A stretch of 64,000 nt of DNA, taken from NCBI GenBank assembly GCA_963706325.1, contig CAVPLT010000001.1, positions 992,001 to 1,056,000 on the forward strand. The letters are read 5' to 3'. This DNA is from an uncultured Nitrospiraceae bacterium. GTDB taxonomy: Bacteria > Nitrospirota > Nitrospiria > Nitrospirales > Nitrospiraceae. Both the position numbers and the translations under genes were made by a program. The notes below the pieces were generated by a model. It searched no databases. It saw only the letters and a list, made by a program, of their open reading frames with translations, and was not told the DNA's origin. Position 1 is the first letter of the stretch; every line of letters begins with the position of its first letter. Below are positions 33,271 to 44,278 of the stretch, in pieces.

Positions 33271-35610
33271 ATGTGGGTCCGTCTGTATCCATCTCAGTTT
33301 CAATTCATTTTGCTTTCTGCATTTGTGTTGGCGCCAATGTTTTCCGCGCCCGAGACATTCGCGCAGGAGGGGGAGGCCGGAACTGTAGTCGAGAAAAGCG
33401 CGCGGGAGCGCGAACTGCGAGAGCGATTGCAGAAAATCCTTCATGAGTTGGAGGAATTGCAACAGCAGCCGCCATCGGGCGCGTCGGCCGTGCCGGTTCA
33501 ACCGGCGGTCGTACAGGAGTCTCCTGAGTCGCCCTTGGCAGAGCCGATCCCGCATTACGAGTTGGCCGATGTGAGCATTGTCAGCGAACGAGTGCAGCGG
33601 CGGCCGGAAGGCGTGTCGCTCTCTGCCACCCAGCCATCTGAGACCGATTCCCAGCCGACCAGGACCATGAAGGAATCGATGGAGTCCCTCCCGGGTGTCG
33701 TCCTCCGTCAGGCGAACGGCCCGCGCGACTTCAGCATCATGATTCGTGGGCAAGGGGCCAAAACTGCCTTCGCAGTTCGCGATATCAAAATTTATGAAGA
33801 TGGATTTATGCAAACCCAATCCGACGGGCTCTCTCGCCTCGACATCCAAGATCCCTGGTTCATGCGAAGCGTGGAAGTGACACGAGGCGCCTCATCGTCG
33901 TTGTATGACAACTATGCCCTGGGCGGGATGGTCCAATTTCGTACCAGGCGCGGCAGCGACATCAATGGAGTGGAAACGTTCCTGTCCGGCGGTTCCTATG
34001 GGTACCACAAAGAAGCCCTGGCCTTCGGTCAGCAAACCGAGCACCTTGACCTTTCGATGTTTATCAGCAATGTGGGGGAGGACGGGTTCATTCAGAACAG
34101 CAATTATAAAACGCAGACCTTGAATTTTAATTTGCGGTTTAAAATCGACGACAAACAGAACTTCTATTTCAAGGCGATCACGAACTGGCTGGATTCACGC
34201 GTCCCCACTCGGCTCACCCAAGGACAATTCAACACCGACGAGCGACAGGCTGGCGGAGCGCAGACCACCTGCGTGGCCGGGACGTATAACGCCGGTTGCG
34301 CCAATGCTGTCGCGCTTGCTCAAAGGCGAAACGACCGACGCTCCATCGTGGGAGGCATGTACGAACGGCAAATCAATGCGAATACCGTGTTGACCGTGGA
34401 AGCTGACTACGATGTGAAGGACATCAACCAATACTTCTCGCAGATTACCGACAACGTGAACCCGAACTACAAAACCTATTCCGATTTGCGGCATGACGGT
34501 CGCCTCGGAGAGATGCCGTTGAGGAGTTACGTCGGATTCTTCGCGAACCAAATGGAGCAGGAAGGACAGACCTTTCAGAATCTTGCTGATGGGTTCGGGA
34601 CGCGCGGAACCTTGCTGGCGAATAATCGCGGGACCATTCGAAACATCGGCGGTCGGTTCCGTGAAGAATTGGAATTCGTCCCGCGATGGGTGTTGGCTGC
34701 GGGCCTCGGATTCGAGCAGTCTCACCTGAGTGTGCAGACGATTAATTACGCCAACTCAGGAGCCTTCGCCTCACGCGCGAATGCGGACCGTGATTTTTCG
34801 AACTGGGCGCCGGAAATGTCGCTGAGTTGGAAGCCAGCTGAAGGCTATCGCAACTGGGTCCGAGGTTCGACGGGGTATGGCATTCCTCAATTTAGTCAGC
34901 TCACGCGAGATCCTATCACGGGACAACCAGGCGCTAACTTTAGCCTGAAGCCGCAAAAGAACCTCAATTTTGAGATCGGGACGGAGTCGAGGGTCCATCA
35001 GACCCTGTCGGTTCAACTGGTCGGGTTCTGGACCTTCTTTAAGGATGAGATCATTACGCAAACTATCTCGGGCGGGAATACGGCCTCTGTGAATGCCGAC
35101 TCGTCCCAATATCAGGGGATCGAAGCCTTCTACGATTGGCGACCGGTGACCGGATTACGATTGACGGGGGCGTACACCCACATTGCTGCCAAATACATCA
35201 ACTTCTCAGATCGTACGACAGACTTTCTAACCCGAGATGGCAAGAAGGTCCCCAACGTGCCGACCGATGTCTTGAATACCAAGGTAGCGTATGAACATGA
35301 AGCGACCGGTTGGGGTGGTTGGGTCGAGGGGAGTTATTACAATAGTTATTTCCTGAACAACAGTAACACGTTCAGCATCCCATCCTATGTGGTAGCGAAT
35401 GTGAATATTCATAAAAACTTTGAGTTGAAGAATTCCTGGTTCCGGTTCGCCAGGTTCTATTTGGAACTCGACAACATTGCGGATAAGAAATACGCCGCGT
35501 CTGGCCAGGTGATCGGGGGAGAAACCGCCGGTGCCGCGGCTGGGCAACAGGCGTTTTTCGCAGGCTACGGCCGAGCCATCTACGGGGGTGTGACGTTGGG
35601 GTTGTTCTAA
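33271..35610 (+). CDS. TonB-dependent receptor
   Basis: Plug motifs LPGV, IRGQG, VEVTRGASSSLY..ALGG; C-terminal GRAIYGGVTLGLF; GGAGG RBS. Confidence 0.95.
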   Translation: MWVRLYPSQFQFILLSAFVLAPMFSAPETFAQEGEAGTVVEKSARERELRERLQKILHELEELQQQPPSGASAVPVQPAVVQESPESPLAEPIPHYELADVSIVSERVQRRPEGVSLSATQPSETDSQPTRTMKESMESLPGVVLRQANGPRDFSIMIRGQGAKTAFAVRDIKIYEDGFMQTQSDGLSRLDIQDPWFMRSVEVTRGASSSLYDNYALGGMVQFRTRRGSDINGVETFLSGGSYGYHKEALAFGQQTEHLDLSMFISNVGEDGFIQNSNYKTQTLNFNLRFKIDDKQNFYFKAITNWLDSRVPTRLTQGQFNTDERQAGGAQTTCVAGTYNAGCANAVALAQRRNDRRSIVGGMYERQINANTVLTVEADYDVKDINQYFSQITDNVNPNYKTYSDLRHDGRLGEMPLRSYVGFFANQMEQEGQTFQNLADGFGTRGTLLANNRGTIRNIGGRFREELEFVPRWVLAAGLGFEQSHLSVQTINYANSGAFASRANADRDFSNWAPEMSLSWKPAEGYRNWVRGSTGYGIPQFSQLTRDPITGQPGANFSLKPQKNLNFEIGTESRVHQTLSVQLVGFWTFFKDEIITQTISGGNTASVNADSSQYQGIEAFYDWRPVTGLRLTGAYTHIAAKYINFSDRTTDFLTRDGKKVPNVPTDVLNTKVAYEHEATGWGGWVEGSYYNSYFLNNSNTFSIPSYVVANVNIHKNFELKNSWFRFARFYLELDNIADKKYAASGQVIGGETAGAAAGQQAFFAGYGRAIYGGVTLGLF

Positions 35611-35676
35611 GTAGTGGCGCGAGCGGGACGCCATGACACATGGCCGATCGGACATTTATTCAATCCGGAGGTTGCC

Positions 35677-35859
35677 GTGAACAAGGAGCTAATGCCTGTC
35701 GGCGAATCGGCGGATGTGTTGGCGGTAAGCCGCTGGACGATCTCTCGATGGGTGGACGATGGCCGATTGGAGCGCACCAAGATAGGGTGTGGAACCTTTG
35801 AGAGCATTTCGGGCCTCATTGGACAGGCTCGTGCAGAACAACATGACGCAGGAAGTTAA
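35677..35859 (+). CDS. Small excisionase-type (HTH_17-like) DNA-binding protein, possibly degenerate
   Basis: GGAGG RBS then GTG; ESADVLAVSRWTISRWVDDGRL. Confidence 0.6.
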   Translation: MNKELMPVGESADVLAVSRWTISRWVDDGRLERTKIGCGTFESISGLIGQARAEQHDAGS

Positions 35860-36219
35860 TTTGACGGTATGACCGGTGCGCTGACACGTTCGCAAAGCTT
35901 CGAGGTTGAGTTCGGCACGCCGTATGTGATCTCTGGAGGAGGGTCGTGAAAGACCAGTTCATCCGATTTGCCAACCCGGCCTTGGGAATCAGCAGGTTTG
36001 AGTGCATGGAGTACAAGTTCTGAGCGTGGGCCATGATTTATGGTCGTATTGAATCGCTCCTGTGCCGTGCCTGGTTGTTCGGCTGGCTCGGCACAAGCCT
36101 TGTGTTGTAAGTCGGCTCGAGGAGTGGACGATCGCTGATCGATCATGTGATATGGTACCATTGTGAGGCAATCTCGGATGAGATTGTCCCACTCATTTCA
36201 GTATCAATCGAACCAGCGC

Positions 36220-38184
36220 ATGAACGGATTGCTTGCCATTCTGCTATTGCTGTGGGGCCTTGTACCGGTCCATGCGGACTCAGGGGCTGCTCCGCCACCG
36301 CCCGAGGCTTTCGTCGCGCTTCCGCGTATCTCCTCGATTCAACTGTCCCCCTCCGGGAAGCATCTTGCGGCGGTCCGCAATCATGGCGGCAATACCGAAC
36401 TCATGACGCAAACGGTGACCGGTGAGGATACGCATGTCGCACTAACAACGGATAATCGCGAATATGTCATGACATGGTTTCGATGGGTGAATGACGAACG
36501 CCTGCTGATCGGTACTAGATTTGTGGACGCTGCAGCGGGGATCGACTCACAAGAAGCACGGCTCGTGGCGGTCAATCGTGACGGGACGCAAAAGAGCCCC
36601 AATGTATTCAAGCAGACGGCGTTTGCGTCTATTTTTGGAAAGAAACATTTTCCTCAGTTCCAGGATCGCCTCGTAGGCACCTTGCCAGGAGAGCCTCGAC
36701 AGGTACTGATCGCGTTCGACTTGGACCATCCCCTGTCCCCGGATGTCTATAAGGTGGATGTGTATTCCGGCGAGCGACAGCTGGTACAGGCGAATCCTGG
36801 AACCGAACCAGGCTCCGACACGGTGCTACAGTGGATCGCCGATCGCGCGGGGCAGGTTCGCGTGGGAGTCGGCCAATTTCACACCACAGTTCGAGTAATT
36901 TTCAGAGCTCCGGAATCCATTATCTGGCGTGTACTGGCCGAATATGACCTCGCCAAAGAAACCGGCTTGATTCCCCTGGCTTTCGACGCTGATCCCGCCT
37001 GGTTGTATGTCCGGGATCAACACCGAGGGCGTGCAGCCATCTTTAAGATCAATCTTGCCGACAGGACTGCCGACCGCATACTCGTGGCCGCGGATCCGAA
37101 GTTCGATCTCGCGGGAGAGTTGATCTACGCCCCGTGGAAGCGAAAGATCGTCGGCGTCAGGTACAGCGATGAAGACCTCCGGGTCCTGTTTTGGGACTTC
37201 GACGCGCAGCGCCTTCAGGCACGCATCGACCGGGCGATTCCTGAACGCGCGAATGTCATTCACAGCAGCAGCAACGACGGACGATACCATATTGTGAAGG
37301 CGGGAGGTCTGGCGCAGCCCCCGGACTATTATATTTTCGACGAGCGTGACGGTCGCATGGTCTTGCTCGGCCGGTGCTATCCCGATCTGGACGCCGACGA
37401 TTTGCCGATTCCGAAAGCGGTCACGATGGCTGCCCGAGATGGGAAAGAGTTGCGCGGGCTCCTGACTGTTCCCAAACATCGGGAGCCAGGAAAGCTACCC
37501 TTGATCTTGTTTCCTCATGGGGGCCCCGCCTCGCATGAACGCAATGCCTTTAATTATTGGACACAATGGTTTGTGAGTCGAGGGTGGGCGGTGTTGCAGA
37601 TTGACTTTCGTGGGTCTGAGGGGTACGGCGATGAGTTTTTGCGGGCCGGGTTCCAGCGCGGGGGCTTGGAGATGCAAGACGATTTGACCGATAGTGCGCA
37701 GTGGGCGATTGATGCTGGTCATGCGAGTGCGGACCGGATCTGCCTGGTCGGTGCCGACTACGGCGGTTACGCGGCCCTCATGGGTGCGGTGAAGACGCCG
37801 GACCTCTTTCGCTGCGTCGTGAGTCTTGGCGGGGTCACTGATTTGCTGCAGATTGTGGCCGACAAACGCTGGTATCTGAACCAAAAGCTGCTGGTCGAGT
37901 CGCGGATCACATCCTGGTGGGAAGATCGTGAGCGATTGCGAGACACCTCGCCGGTGTACAATGCAAAATCGCTTCGGACGCCGCTTCTGCTGATGCATGG
38001 CGCCATGGATCGGATTGTGCCACTGTCCCAGGGACGGGCCATGTCCGAAGCGCTAAAAGAGGCGAAGGTGACGACCTATCGGTATGTCGAACTTCCCTTA
38101 GCGGATCATGCTCTCAGTCGTGAGCAAGACCGCCTGCAGGTGTTCACGCACATGGAGCAGTTTCTTAAAGCCCACCTCGATTAG
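36220..38184 (+). CDS. Secreted S9 (prolyl oligopeptidase-like) alpha/beta hydrolase with Asp at the nucleophile position
   Basis: PHGGP, DFRGSEGYG, GADYGGY, HGAMD..VP, DH. Confidence 0.88.
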   Translation: MNGLLAILLLLWGLVPVHADSGAAPPPPEAFVALPRISSIQLSPSGKHLAAVRNHGGNTELMTQTVTGEDTHVALTTDNREYVMTWFRWVNDERLLIGTRFVDAAAGIDSQEARLVAVNRDGTQKSPNVFKQTAFASIFGKKHFPQFQDRLVGTLPGEPRQVLIAFDLDHPLSPDVYKVDVYSGERQLVQANPGTEPGSDTVLQWIADRAGQVRVGVGQFHTTVRVIFRAPESIIWRVLAEYDLAKETGLIPLAFDADPAWLYVRDQHRGRAAIFKINLADRTADRILVAADPKFDLAGELIYAPWKRKIVGVRYSDEDLRVLFWDFDAQRLQARIDRAIPERANVIHSSSNDGRYHIVKAGGLAQPPDYYIFDERDGRMVLLGRCYPDLDADDLPIPKAVTMAARDGKELRGLLTVPKHREPGKLPLILFPHGGPASHERNAFNYWTQWFVSRGWAVLQIDFRGSEGYGDEFLRAGFQRGGLEMQDDLTDSAQWAIDAGHASADRICLVGADYGGYAALMGAVKTPDLFRCVVSLGGVTDLLQIVADKRWYLNQKLLVESRITSWWEDRERLRDTSPVYNAKSLRTPLLLMHGAMDRIVPLSQGRAMSEALKEAKVTTYRYVELPLADHALSREQDRLQVFTHMEQFLKAHLD

Positions 38185-38330
38185 GTAGCAGTGCCGCTTG
38201 TCTGTGCAGGATTCATGAGCAGGCCTCGGGAAAGAATTTCTTGATCGCATACAGAATAGAAGCGCTGCGAGGTTCTCAAATGACCGGTCCGGTGAATGCC
38301 GTGTTTTAACGCATGGGGCACGCTGGTCAT

Positions 38331-38372
38331 AGCAACGCCCCGTTCATCTTGCCGGATGAACGGGGCGTTGCT
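38331..38372. terminator. GC-rich hairpin between convergent genes
   Basis: AGCAACGCCCCGTTCATC / GATGAACGGGGCGTTGCT perfect stem; no clear U-tract. Confidence 0.5.
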
Positions 38373-38419
38373 GTCTTGATGAGCGCGCGTGATGCTCTGC
38401 GATGAGTCTTTTTCAGAAC

Positions 38420-38977
38420 CTACCAGTAATAGGGATAGGCGCGCCCGTATGGTCCCCAGTAGGGATAACCGTATGGACTGTAGTAAGGATAGGGGCGGCC
38501 TCGCCACTGGTTCGAGTCTTGCGAGGGAATCCAGGTATGAAGGCTCTTGATGTCGATGACAGGGTAGGTGTAGTCCGTCTCATCAAGCGGCAGAGTGGTG
38601 GAACCGGTGACCTCGCCGGTGACAGTTATGAAAGTCCCATGGGGAAGCGTGGCGGGATCGAGGAATTCTCGTTGTATGCCGATAAACCGCCCTTGGGATT
38701 TCATGAGATCAGGCGTCGGCTGTTGCGAATCGTTGAGCGGAAGCTGAAGCACTTCGATACGTGTGCCGTCTTTCATGCGCCGGGCTGTGAGGACCTGCCC
38801 GCCGAGCACGAGGGGTTGCCCTCTGAAAGAATCCGGGGCGGTCTTGATTTGAGCAAAGGGAGGAGTCGGCGGCCCGCTCTGCGCGGAATCGACGGTCTCG
38901 CTTGAGGAGGCACAGGCCGCCAGGACTGCGGCGCTCAAGAGCATCACAATCCCCTGTAGAAGTTTTCCCCGCATCAT
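38420..38977 (-). CDS. Slp family outer membrane lipoprotein
   Basis: LAAC lipobox, LGG, IEVLQLPL, SQGRF, FLDP, ITVTG, YTYPV; Tyr/Pro-rich tail. Confidence 0.88.
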   Translation of the reverse strand: MMRGKLLQGIVMLLSAAVLAACASSSETVDSAQSGPPTPPFAQIKTAPDSFRGQPLVLGGQVLTARRMKDGTRIEVLQLPLNDSQQPTPDLMKSQGRFIGIQREFLDPATLPHGTFITVTGEVTGSTTLPLDETDYTYPVIDIKSLHTWIPSQDSNQWRGRPYPYYSPYGYPYWGPYGRAYPYYW

Positions 38978-39065
38978 GGGCATTATACCAAAGGCACAAA
39001 GCGACGAGCATTGTTTATAATGCCGGTGAGATGGTCGAACCGCATAGTGGAAAGGAGCGCCGTGT

Positions 39066-39713
39066 ATGGTGGAGAGTCGTGTGTGGAGAGGTGGTTTGAT
39101 TGGAATGATGGTGGTGACGGCCGCGTGGTTGTTGGCGGGAGCTGCCTGGGCAGGGAAGGCGGAACTGCAAGGCAAATTTGAGATCCTCAAGGATGAGGCA
39201 TCGACGCACAAGCCGGGTAAAGTGCAGTTGGTGGAATTCGCCGATTTCTACTGCCCCCATTGCCACCGGTTTGACGGAGAGGGTGTCCCGTTATTGCAGA
39301 AGGAATTTGGGAAAAAATTGGACGTCACAATGGTGGGTTATCCGGTGATGCCCGGCAAGTTGCCCACCGCGTTCGACATGTATGAGCAGGCGAAGACGAT
39401 GGGCAAAGGCGATGAGATGAAACGGGCCTTATTCCGCGTCATCCATACGGACAAGATCGGCATCATCGACCGGACGATACGTGAATTGCTGATCCGCGAG
39501 GTGGGCCTCGATCCTGTGGCCTTTGAAGCGGGTCTGGCGAGCGCCAAGCCGGCGAGAGCCTTTGAAGAAGGCCGCAAATGGGGCGATCGCATCAAGGTGC
39601 AACAGACGCCCACCGTGTTGTTAGACGGCAACATCAAGGTAGAGCAAATCGATCCAGATAACTTGAGGGCTGTCATTCAGAGTATTCTGGATGGCGACGG
39701 GAAACGTCCGTAA
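39066..39713 (+). CDS. DsbA-like thioredoxin-fold protein
   Basis: Signal peptide, FYCPHC, QTPT cis-Pro motif. Confidence 0.85.
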   Translation: MVESRVWRGGLIGMMVVTAAWLLAGAAWAGKAELQGKFEILKDEASTHKPGKVQLVEFADFYCPHCHRFDGEGVPLLQKEFGKKLDVTMVGYPVMPGKLPTAFDMYEQAKTMGKGDEMKRALFRVIHTDKIGIIDRTIRELLIREVGLDPVAFEAGLASAKPARAFEEGRKWGDRIKVQQTPTVLLDGNIKVEQIDPDNLRAVIQSILDGDGKRP

Positions 39714-39773
39714 GGCCGAGGCGTCTGGAGTCAGAGGGGATCACCCTTTACGACGTATTCCTCATGAGCGATT

Positions 39774-40019
39774 ATGATGACGACTGATCCAGTCTGCGGA
39801 ATGACAGTGGACCCGGCAACGGCGGCGGCCCACTTCGACTACGAAGGCGTGACCTACTACTTTTGCAGCACCCATTGTCTCGACCGATTTCGAGCGGCGC
39901 CCAACCAGTATGTAAAGAGGGCGACTGACGCCGGTATGACTCAACCAACGGCGAGGTCGCCGCTCGATCCCGATGATGCCGTCGATGGCGGATCAGCCGA
40001 CCCAAGGCAGCGAGCTTGA
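39774..40019 (+). CDS. YHS domain, probably the frameshifted first domain of CopA
   Basis: DPVCGM...YYFCS..C..F matches the CopA YHS repeats and overlaps the CopA start out of frame. Confidence 0.65.
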   Translation: MMTTDPVCGMTVDPATAAAHFDYEGVTYYFCSTHCLDRFRAAPNQYVKRATDAGMTQPTARSPLDPDDAVDGGSADPRQRA

Positions 40020-42669
40020 TCCGGTCTGCGGCATGACCGTCCAGCCGGCCACAGCAGCCGCATCTCATCAGCACGAGGGCAAAACCTATTACTTCTGCAG
40101 TCAAGGTTGTCTTGAAAAGTTCCGAGCGGATCCTGCTCGATATTTGACGGCGACGACCGCACCCCTGGTGTCGACGGCCGGGCCATGCGGAGGAAAGCCG
40201 TTCCCCATGGTGGGGGCATCTCTGTCGAGCGAGAAGATCTCCGGTGTCATCGATCCAGTCTGCGGCATGACGGTTGATCCAGCCACGGCGGCCGGATCGT
40301 ATACCCATGAGGGCACGACCTACTCATTCTGTGGCCAAAGTTGCTTGGACAAATTTCGCGCCGACCCTCTGCAATATCTCCATCCTGCGCCCTCGAAAGG
40401 GATTGCTCCGACTGCACCGGCAGTCCCTGGGACGAAGTATGTCTGTCCCATGTGCCCAGAGGTGTTAGAGGACACCCAGGTGCCCTGTCCTAAGTGCGGC
40501 ATGGCGCTGGAACCGGCCTCGCTGACACCGATGCCGACCAGAACAGAATATGTCTGCCCGATGCACCCGGAAGTCGTGCAATCAGAGCCGGGCGCCTGCC
40601 CCAAGTGTGGCATGGCGCTGGAGCCAAAAATGGTCACCGTCGAGGAAGAACAAAACCCTGAATTATTAGATATGACTCGACGGTTGTGGATCGGGTTGAT
40701 CCCGACGGCAGTGGTCTTCCTGCTGGCCATGTCCCATATGATTCCCGGTCACCCGATGCAGTATGTGATTTCGGACGAGCGATCGGCATGGGTACAGTTC
40801 ATCCTGAGCACGCCGGTCGTCTTATGGGCCGGATGGCCGTTCTTTCAACGCGGATGGGCGTCGATCGTCCATCGCAGTCCGAACATGTTTACGCTGATCG
40901 CGATCGGCACCGGCACGGCCTATCTGTACAGTGCCTTCGCAACATTGTTTCCGTCGTCGATTCCCCAATCATTTCGGCTTGAGCATGGAGCGGTGCCGGT
41001 CTACTTCGAAGCCGCGGCCGTGATCACGATACTGGTGCTGCTCGGTCAGGTGTTGGAACTTCGAGCGAGAAGTCGCACCAGCGGCGCCATCCGAGCACTC
41101 CTGGGACTGGCCCCCAAGAGTGCTAGACGGGTACGGGATGAGGGTCGCGAGGAGGATGTGCCGCTGGATCAGGTGCAAGTAGGAGATCATCTGCGGGTGC
41201 GACCTGGTGAGAAGGTGCCGGTCGATGGCCGCATCCTCGAAGGGACCACATTTCTCGACGAGTCGATGGTGACGGGCGAATCCATGCCCGTCGAGAAAAC
41301 CACGGGTGACAGGGTGACGGGGGGCACGATCAACGGCTTGGGTGGTTTTGTGATGCAGGCCGATCGCGTGGGGGCGGACACGCTGCTGGCGCATATCGTA
41401 CAGCTGGTGGCTGCGGCGCAACGCAGCCGCGCACCCATTCAACGAACGGTCGATGTGGTGGCCGGCTATTTTGTTCCCATTGTAGTCGGGGTGGCGATTG
41501 TGACCGGACTGGCCTGGGCCTTATTTGGGCCGGAGCCGCGTCTGGCGCATGCGTTGCTGAATGCGGTAGCGGTGCTCATCATCGCCTGCCCTTGTGCGCT
41601 TGGCCTGGCTACGCCCATGTCGATCATGGTGGGAACGGGACGTGGTGCGACCGCAGGCGTTCTGTTCAGGCAGGCCGATGCGCTGCAGACGATTGAAAAA
41701 GTCGATACCTTGGTCTTCGACAAGACCGGGACGCTCACCGAAGGCAAGCCAAAACTCCGCGTCGTGAGCGCCTTGGCCCCCTGGTCCGAGGCCGATCTGT
41801 TGCGACTCGCGGCCTCGGTCGAACGAGGCAGTGAACATCCGTTGGCTGGCGCGATTGTCAGCGGGGCCGAGGCGCGTGACATCAAGCTGGAACAGACGTC
41901 CGATTTCATGTCAAAGACAGGAAAAGGTGTACTGGCCACGGTCGGGGACCGGCGAGTGGCGGTGGGGACTGTCGATCTCATGCGGGAGATCCGAATGGAT
42001 GACGAATCCGCGCTGGCTTCATTGGAAGCGAATGCTGAGTTGATGCGGCAGCTGGGACATACGGTAATGTTCGTCGCGGTCGATAGCCGTCCTATGGGTC
42101 TGTTGGGCGTGGCCGATCCGATCAAGAGTTCCACGCCGGAGGCGTTGCGTTTGTTACGACAAGAAGGCCTCAAACTGGTGATGGTCACGGGGGATCATGC
42201 CGTGACGGCACAAGCCGTGGCGAAGGAATTAAGATTGGATGAAGTCATGGCCGGGGTGAAGCCCGAAGACAAGAGCCGGATTGTGCGAGACCTTCAAGCG
42301 AAGGGCCACGTGGTAGCGATGGCCGGTGACGGAGTGAATGATGCTCCGGCTCTCGCGCAGGCTGATGTCGGCATTGCCATGGGGACCGGAACCGACGTGG
42401 CGATGGAGAATGCCGGTGTCACGCTGGTCAAAGGAGATCTGCGAGGCATTGCGCGAACTCGCACGTTGAGCAAGGCGACGATGCGCAACATTCGGCAGAA
42501 TCTCTTTTTTGCCTTTGTGTACAATATGGTCGGCGTGCCTATCGCGGCCGGTGTGCTGTATCCATTCTTCGGCATCCTCCTCAGTCCGATGTTGGCCAGC
42601 GCGGCGATGACTTTGAGCTCCCTGTCGGTCATTTCAAACGCACTGCGTCTTCGGCATGCCGATTTATGA
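39973..42669 (+). CDS. copA: Cu(I)/Ag(I) P1B-type ATPase with YHS and CPMH metal-binding domains
   Basis: TGES, CPC, DKTGT, SEHP, GDGVND, YN and M-x2-SS transmembrane ligands. Confidence 0.95.
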   Translation: MMPSMADQPTQGSELDPVCGMTVQPATAAASHQHEGKTYYFCSQGCLEKFRADPARYLTATTAPLVSTAGPCGGKPFPMVGASLSSEKISGVIDPVCGMTVDPATAAGSYTHEGTTYSFCGQSCLDKFRADPLQYLHPAPSKGIAPTAPAVPGTKYVCPMCPEVLEDTQVPCPKCGMALEPASLTPMPTRTEYVCPMHPEVVQSEPGACPKCGMALEPKMVTVEEEQNPELLDMTRRLWIGLIPTAVVFLLAMSHMIPGHPMQYVISDERSAWVQFILSTPVVLWAGWPFFQRGWASIVHRSPNMFTLIAIGTGTAYLYSAFATLFPSSIPQSFRLEHGAVPVYFEAAAVITILVLLGQVLELRARSRTSGAIRALLGLAPKSARRVRDEGREEDVPLDQVQVGDHLRVRPGEKVPVDGRILEGTTFLDESMVTGESMPVEKTTGDRVTGGTINGLGGFVMQADRVGADTLLAHIVQLVAAAQRSRAPIQRTVDVVAGYFVPIVVGVAIVTGLAWALFGPEPRLAHALLNAVAVLIIACPCALGLATPMSIMVGTGRGATAGVLFRQADALQTIEKVDTLVFDKTGTLTEGKPKLRVVSALAPWSEADLLRLAASVERGSEHPLAGAIVSGAEARDIKLEQTSDFMSKTGKGVLATVGDRRVAVGTVDLMREIRMDDESALASLEANAELMRQLGHTVMFVAVDSRPMGLLGVADPIKSSTPEALRLLRQEGLKLVMVTGDHAVTAQAVAKELRLDEVMAGVKPEDKSRIVRDLQAKGHVVAMAGDGVNDAPALAQADVGIAMGTGTDVAMENAGVTLVKGDLRGIARTRTLSKATMRNIRQNLFFAFVYNMVGVPIAAGVLYPFFGILLSPMLASAAMTLSSLSVISNALRLRHADL

Positions 42670-42737
42670 GTTCCAAGTGTGTGGCCCATCAACGCGCGAT
42701 AGCTTGGTGCCTGGCCGTTCAGAGGAGATGCAACACG

Positions 42738-44177
42738 ATGCCGTCTACTCTGTGTCATAAACATATTCTGGGCGCAGGACTGCTCGGGGTCTTGCTGGGA
42801 TTCGGTCCCATAGGCACTGGCGACGCAGCCGGTCCTGCATCGCTGCCAGCACGTGCAACCCCTGTCAACACGATCGGAGATTTGCAGACTCAGGTACGGA
42901 CGACCGCAGCTAAAGTTATTCCTGCCGTCGTGAGTATTGCCTCCACCGTCATGGTGCATGATCAAACGTTCAGCGATGAAGGCCTTCCCTTCGGCATGTT
43001 CAAAGACGTGCCGCCTCGCCGGCAATATGGTCAAGGCTCCGGCGTGATCGTCTCCTCGGATGGATACATCATCACCAACAATCATGTCGTGGCGGATGCG
43101 GGAAACGTGGAAGTGATTCTGGCTGATCGACGGCAATTCAAAGGCCGTGTGGTGGCCACCGATCCAAAGACCGATGTGGCGGTTGTGAAGATCAACGCGA
43201 CCAGCCTTCCCACCGCGGCGTGGGGAGACTCCAGCGCCCTCGCCGTAGGCGATTTTGTGCTGGCCATCGGCAATCCATTGGGACTGAGCCGCACGGTGAC
43301 ATTCGGCATTGTGAGCGCCGTCGGGCGCGCCGATGTCGGTGTGGCCGACGTGGAAGACTTCATTCAAACCGATGCGCCGATCAATCCCGGGAATTCCGGC
43401 GGGGCGTTGGTGAATATCAATGGCGAAGTGGTGGGGATCAATACGGCCATTGCCAGCCCGACCGGCGGCAGCGTCGGCGTAGGATTCGCAATTCCCAGCA
43501 ACATGGCGAGAACCGCCATGCAAAGTCTCATCAAGACCGGCCGCGTGGTGCGGGGGTTTTTGGGCGCCTCTACGCAGGATGTGACCCCGTTGTTAGCCAA
43601 GATTTTTCACCTGCCGGATGTCAAAGGCTCGATTGTGACCGACCTGCAGGCCAAAGGGTCGGCGGAACGGGCGGGGTTGAAGCGCGGCGACGTGGTCGTG
43701 CGTTTTGACGGGCGCGATGTCATGGACAGCGGGCACTTGCGAAATCTAATGGCGACGGCGATCATCGGCAGCAAACACCGGATTGAGTTGATCCGCGAAG
43801 CCAGGCTGATGCAGACCGACCTCACCGCGCAGGAGGCGCCGCGAGAGCGCGTCAAGAAAAGCCAAACGGCGGACGCCGCGAGCTCGACGACGAATCCCTT
43901 GGCCGGCGTGATTGTCGATGATGTGACTCCCGCCTTGGCGCGTCAGATGGATTTAGCCGCCGATTCCGGACTCGTCGTGACGGATATTGAGGAAGGCAGC
44001 CTCGCCGAAGTGTCCGGTCTCCAGCCGGGCGACCTCATTCTCGAACTCAACCGTCAGCCGATTCCGAACTTCGCTACCTTCCAACGGCTCGCCGAGCCGT
44101 TTCGTTCCACCGATCTTGCCCTCCTGCTCATCAATCGCCAGGGCAACATTCTCTACATCCCGGTCCAAGCCGAGTAG
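42738..44177 (+). CDS. DegP/DegQ (HtrA) serine protease with two PDZ domains
   Basis: GSG, TNNHVV, TDVA, IQTDAPINPGNSGG. Confidence 0.95.
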   Translation: MPSTLCHKHILGAGLLGVLLGFGPIGTGDAAGPASLPARATPVNTIGDLQTQVRTTAAKVIPAVVSIASTVMVHDQTFSDEGLPFGMFKDVPPRRQYGQGSGVIVSSDGYIITNNHVVADAGNVEVILADRRQFKGRVVATDPKTDVAVVKINATSLPTAAWGDSSALAVGDFVLAIGNPLGLSRTVTFGIVSAVGRADVGVADVEDFIQTDAPINPGNSGGALVNINGEVVGINTAIASPTGGSVGVGFAIPSNMARTAMQSLIKTGRVVRGFLGASTQDVTPLLAKIFHLPDVKGSIVTDLQAKGSAERAGLKRGDVVVRFDGRDVMDSGHLRNLMATAIIGSKHRIELIREARLMQTDLTAQEAPRERVKKSQTADAASSTTNPLAGVIVDDVTPALARQMDLAADSGLVVTDIEEGSLAEVSGLQPGDLILELNRQPIPNFATFQRLAEPFRSTDLALLLINRQGNILYIPVQAE

Positions 44178-44221
44178 GCTTCTCCTCGTCGTTCCAGTCT
44201 GCATGCATGGTGATTCTTCCG

Positions 44222-44268
44222 TTGACGCAATAAGTTTTCAAGTGTTACGTTTATATAAATCGTAGCAC
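44222..44268 (+). promoter_or_regulatory. Promoter with probable NikR operator
   Basis: TTGACG at 44222; inverted repeat GTGTTAC-N13-GTAGCAC (44242-44268) over the -10 region just upstream of nikR. Confidence 0.7.
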
Positions 44269-44278
44269 CTGAGGCTTC

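Noticed and set aside
35677..35859. Excisionase-like gene as evidence of a prophage or ICE
   Set aside because: No integrase, att site or phage genes nearby.
42294..43523. 409-aa minus-strand ORF
   Set aside because: Typical antisense shadow of degP and copA.
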